Positions 5,901-6,736 of a stretch of 6,736 nt of DNA are shown piece by piece. Position 1 is the first letter of the stretch. Each line of letters begins with the position of its first letter. The stretch comes from Candidatus Heimdallarchaeota archaeon (lineage in GTDB: Archaea > Asgardarchaeota > Heimdallarchaeia > JABLTI01): positions 1 through 6,736 of the forward strand of contig JAUWKS010000108.1 of assembly GCA_030614005.1 (NCBI GenBank), given 5' to 3'. A model generated the notes under the pieces. That model saw only the letters and a list, made by a program, of their open reading frames with translations. It was not told the origin of the DNA and searched no databases. A program made the translations under genes and the position numbers.

Positions 5901-6736
5901 TAGCTGTGCGAATATCAGTATTAATGAAAGCCGCACAATCAGCTTTGAACCTAACTGGTTGTTTAGCCTCAATTGCAGTTTTAGAAATATCAAAAACAGA
6001 GATACCCAAATCGCCTTTTGCACTTTCTTCCAGAAATGAACCGGTACCAGCTGAGCAAGTAGCATTCATTGCATAATCAACAGGAACACCGTTCTGTAGA
6101 AGCATATATTTGGAGTCTTGTCCACCAATTTCAAAGATGGTATCGACTTCGGGATCATAAAAGACTGCTCCCTGGGAATGAGCCGAAATCTCGTTATAAA
6201 TTGCAGGAGTTCCTAAATAAGCACCAACTATTGATCTTCCTGAACCTGTAACTCCAACTAAAGAAACTTTCTGATTACCAACTTGAGAAATAATTTCAGT
6301 AAGGCAATTCTTAGTTGCACTAATTGGATTACCACTTGTTCTTCCATAATAAGAAGCAACTACACTTGAGTCAGAAGGATCAACCAACACTGCTTTAGTT
6401 GTCGTAGAACCCACATCAACACCTAAATGAAAAATGGTATTTTTCTTGAAATTCTTCTTATTCTCTATAGGATCTATAATTGTTACTTGTTTTCCGAAAT
6501 CTGCTAAGGGGAGATTTGTTGTGAAGCTCTTAGTAATGTTTAACTCGATTTCTTGGTTAACAGGATTATCACGAACCAAAAGGGCTGTTCCATAAGCTTC
6601 GAAAACAGAACTGACTTCTTTTATTACAATATTAACTTTAGGTAATTCGTCTCGCAGTATTTTGATGAAGGCTTCATTTAATGAAACACCACCGATAACT
6701 AACATACGTTTGACATCAACACGAGATTGTACGACC
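2914..6736 (-). CDS. Fused acyl-CoA dehydratase activase / 2-hydroxyacyl-CoA dehydratase-like Fe-S enzyme (tandem BadF/BcrAD-type ATPase + DUF2229-like domain + second dehydratase-like domain); PlsA-PlsR/Ger-type architecture; 5'-partial
   Basis: The frame stays open to the window edge (VVQSRVDVKR-MLVIGGVSLN). GGVSLN..FEAYGTAL is the end of a first ASKHA domain. The second activase domain (~6432-5668) has GVDVGSTTTK, VTGSGR, NEISAH, EIGGQDSK, MNATCSAGTGSFLEE, DCAAF, FQGGVAKN and GAFGIAL. The linker has CKSCKNYC..GGSC (5568-5491). Domain 3 (~5352-4471) has IGIPRAL, FCYP, FCP, GRSYN, FSC.ID and ELDAH..DAGIQTRLEAF. Domain 4 (~4347-3136) has GKECIP, SPC, GDFFVR, GEAI and GPFNCLP. Confidence 0.93.
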   Translation of the reverse strand, partial: VVQSRVDVKRMLVIGGVSLNEAFIKILRDELPKVNIVIKEVSSVFEAYGTALLVRDNPVNQEIELNITKSFTTNLPLADFGKQVTIIDPIENKKNFKKNTIFHLGVDVGSTTTKAVLVDPSDSSVVASYYGRTSGNPISATKNCLTEIISQVGNQKVSLVGVTGSGRSIVGAYLGTPAIYNEISAHSQGAVFYDPEVDTIFEIGGQDSKYMLLQNGVPVDYAMNATCSAGTGSFLEESAKGDLGISVFDISKTAIEAKQPVRFKADCAAFINTDIRTAMQEDYGKENIIAGLVYSIVDNYLNKVKGARQVGKKIFFQGGVAKNHSIGYAFAQTTGKQIIIPPNPELVGAFGIALIAKIKFEQHEITEMPKSTSLESLIKEELKHLGSITCKSCKNYCKIERYEVGGRRFLFGGSCSKYEHQWKGSEKIAEKEDLVQKRNELMLGEANNNINNNVKILRGKKAIGIPRALLTHSLYPMYSTFLKELGYQVILSGIDDDKELMANAPFCYPIQILHGAVLDLTKRKVKTIFLPHVVNLTKVDTWRDSTFCPITQASSYIISQAFEDITILKPTLDFSLGYSKEHSLITMAMDELHHTKKRAKQAYEKAVEAQLEVEKQFLQLGQETIDKLKGTDEIGIILVGRSYNAFPSETSMNIPKKLSSMGITVIPFDFLEKTDVADIPWYFANYVKMAIDLALKNENLYILFINSFSCTIDAFIQNYVRSEMTSKPYLFLELDAHTADAGIQTRLEAFLEIVKNFKESKKKVQEAPFQVAQIKRRQGKTVVITSQGKSIDIKDPRVTLHSPTFSRYHVDVGGKMMTMFGFKMGVATDILLDYPIKGLRCSSGKECIPLPVVLGQILTLVENRKPGEIIGMYMIRGGSPCAVYSYYHYIEQFLESNKLENVFIYRLDYLTKFLGTNLIDVLQFFPTGIVIGDIIGEIESSLRVVGDSDSLELLQEHWDGFLNSITSKKTYRRGVTKLIRNIRKIPRKDSPINYPKVLVTGDFFVRFSSFFLKELRDIYTENGIIVKSSDLYELSLYSTKFNGYYEIAKKWHKDPTKFFTQLRAFLTPWDKASRNFLMSKIVLKILPLIERRVRRRFKRTGLLYAEQNDLGQLLNHSDPYISNLIFGEAIPTIGKGLEILDDSTYDSLILTGPFNCLPYKVSQAILKPIYYKHNTPFLVFDVDISAITPNMKRLIYANIEQIKRKRTKNLREVKWSQRVERRLKSRERKQERKRERLYRMVQKKEKQWDQQMERTERRLKNRTIINLIRWRKR
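5377..5397 (-). repeat. (AAT)3-ATT-(AAT)3 trinucleotide microsatellite encoding NNNINNN in an interdomain linker
   Basis: The plus strand reads ATTATTATT-AAT-ATTATTATT. It corresponds to aa 437-443 of the track translation, between the Cys linker and the IGIPRAL motif. Confidence 0.6.

Noticed and set aside
5832-6065. 77-aa minus-strand alternate-frame ORF
   Set aside because: Nested out of frame in the conserved activase domain. The main frame is uninterrupted, so there is no reason to invoke a frameshift.
6069-6251. 60-aa plus-strand ORF
   Set aside because: Antisense shadow within the activase domain.
6703-6705. ATG 6705 as the start of the large gene
   Set aside because: The frame is open to the window edge and the first residues (GGVSLN..EAYGTAL) are the C-terminal motifs of an ASKHA domain, so the true start lies outside the window.

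Overview
AT-rich window with five supported protein-coding genes and a densely structured non-coding 5' end. It is probably archaeal and possibly Asgard/Heimdallarchaeia-like; this is inferred from TATA-type promoters, oligo-T terminators, a sequon-rich surface protein and an MPFTPFH-type membrane hydrolase, not from a marker gene. The dominant gene (2914..>6736, minus strand, 5'-truncated by the window) is a fused enzyme with two ASKHA activase domains and two 2-hydroxyacyl-CoA-dehydratase-like Fe-S domains. This is the architecture of the anaerobic plasmalogen synthase PlsA/PlsR and of glycerol ester reductase (Ger), which make bacterial-type ether lipids. Here it carries an unusual 71-aa, strongly basic C-terminal tail. 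The neighbouring genes encode an orphan ~8-TM membrane protein, a secreted beta-rich glycoprotein with a C-terminal anchor (GOLD/p24-like layout), a YdjM/DUF4184-like membrane metal-dependent hydrolase and a small orphan soluble protein. Positions 4-216 hold a run of hairpins (GAAA and UUCG tetraloops, a long composite stem, and a hairpin plus U-tract) that may be the 3' part of a structured RNA or a mobile-element end. I saw no rRNA, tRNA, CRISPR array or transposase. All family assignments come from motif recognition, not database searches.
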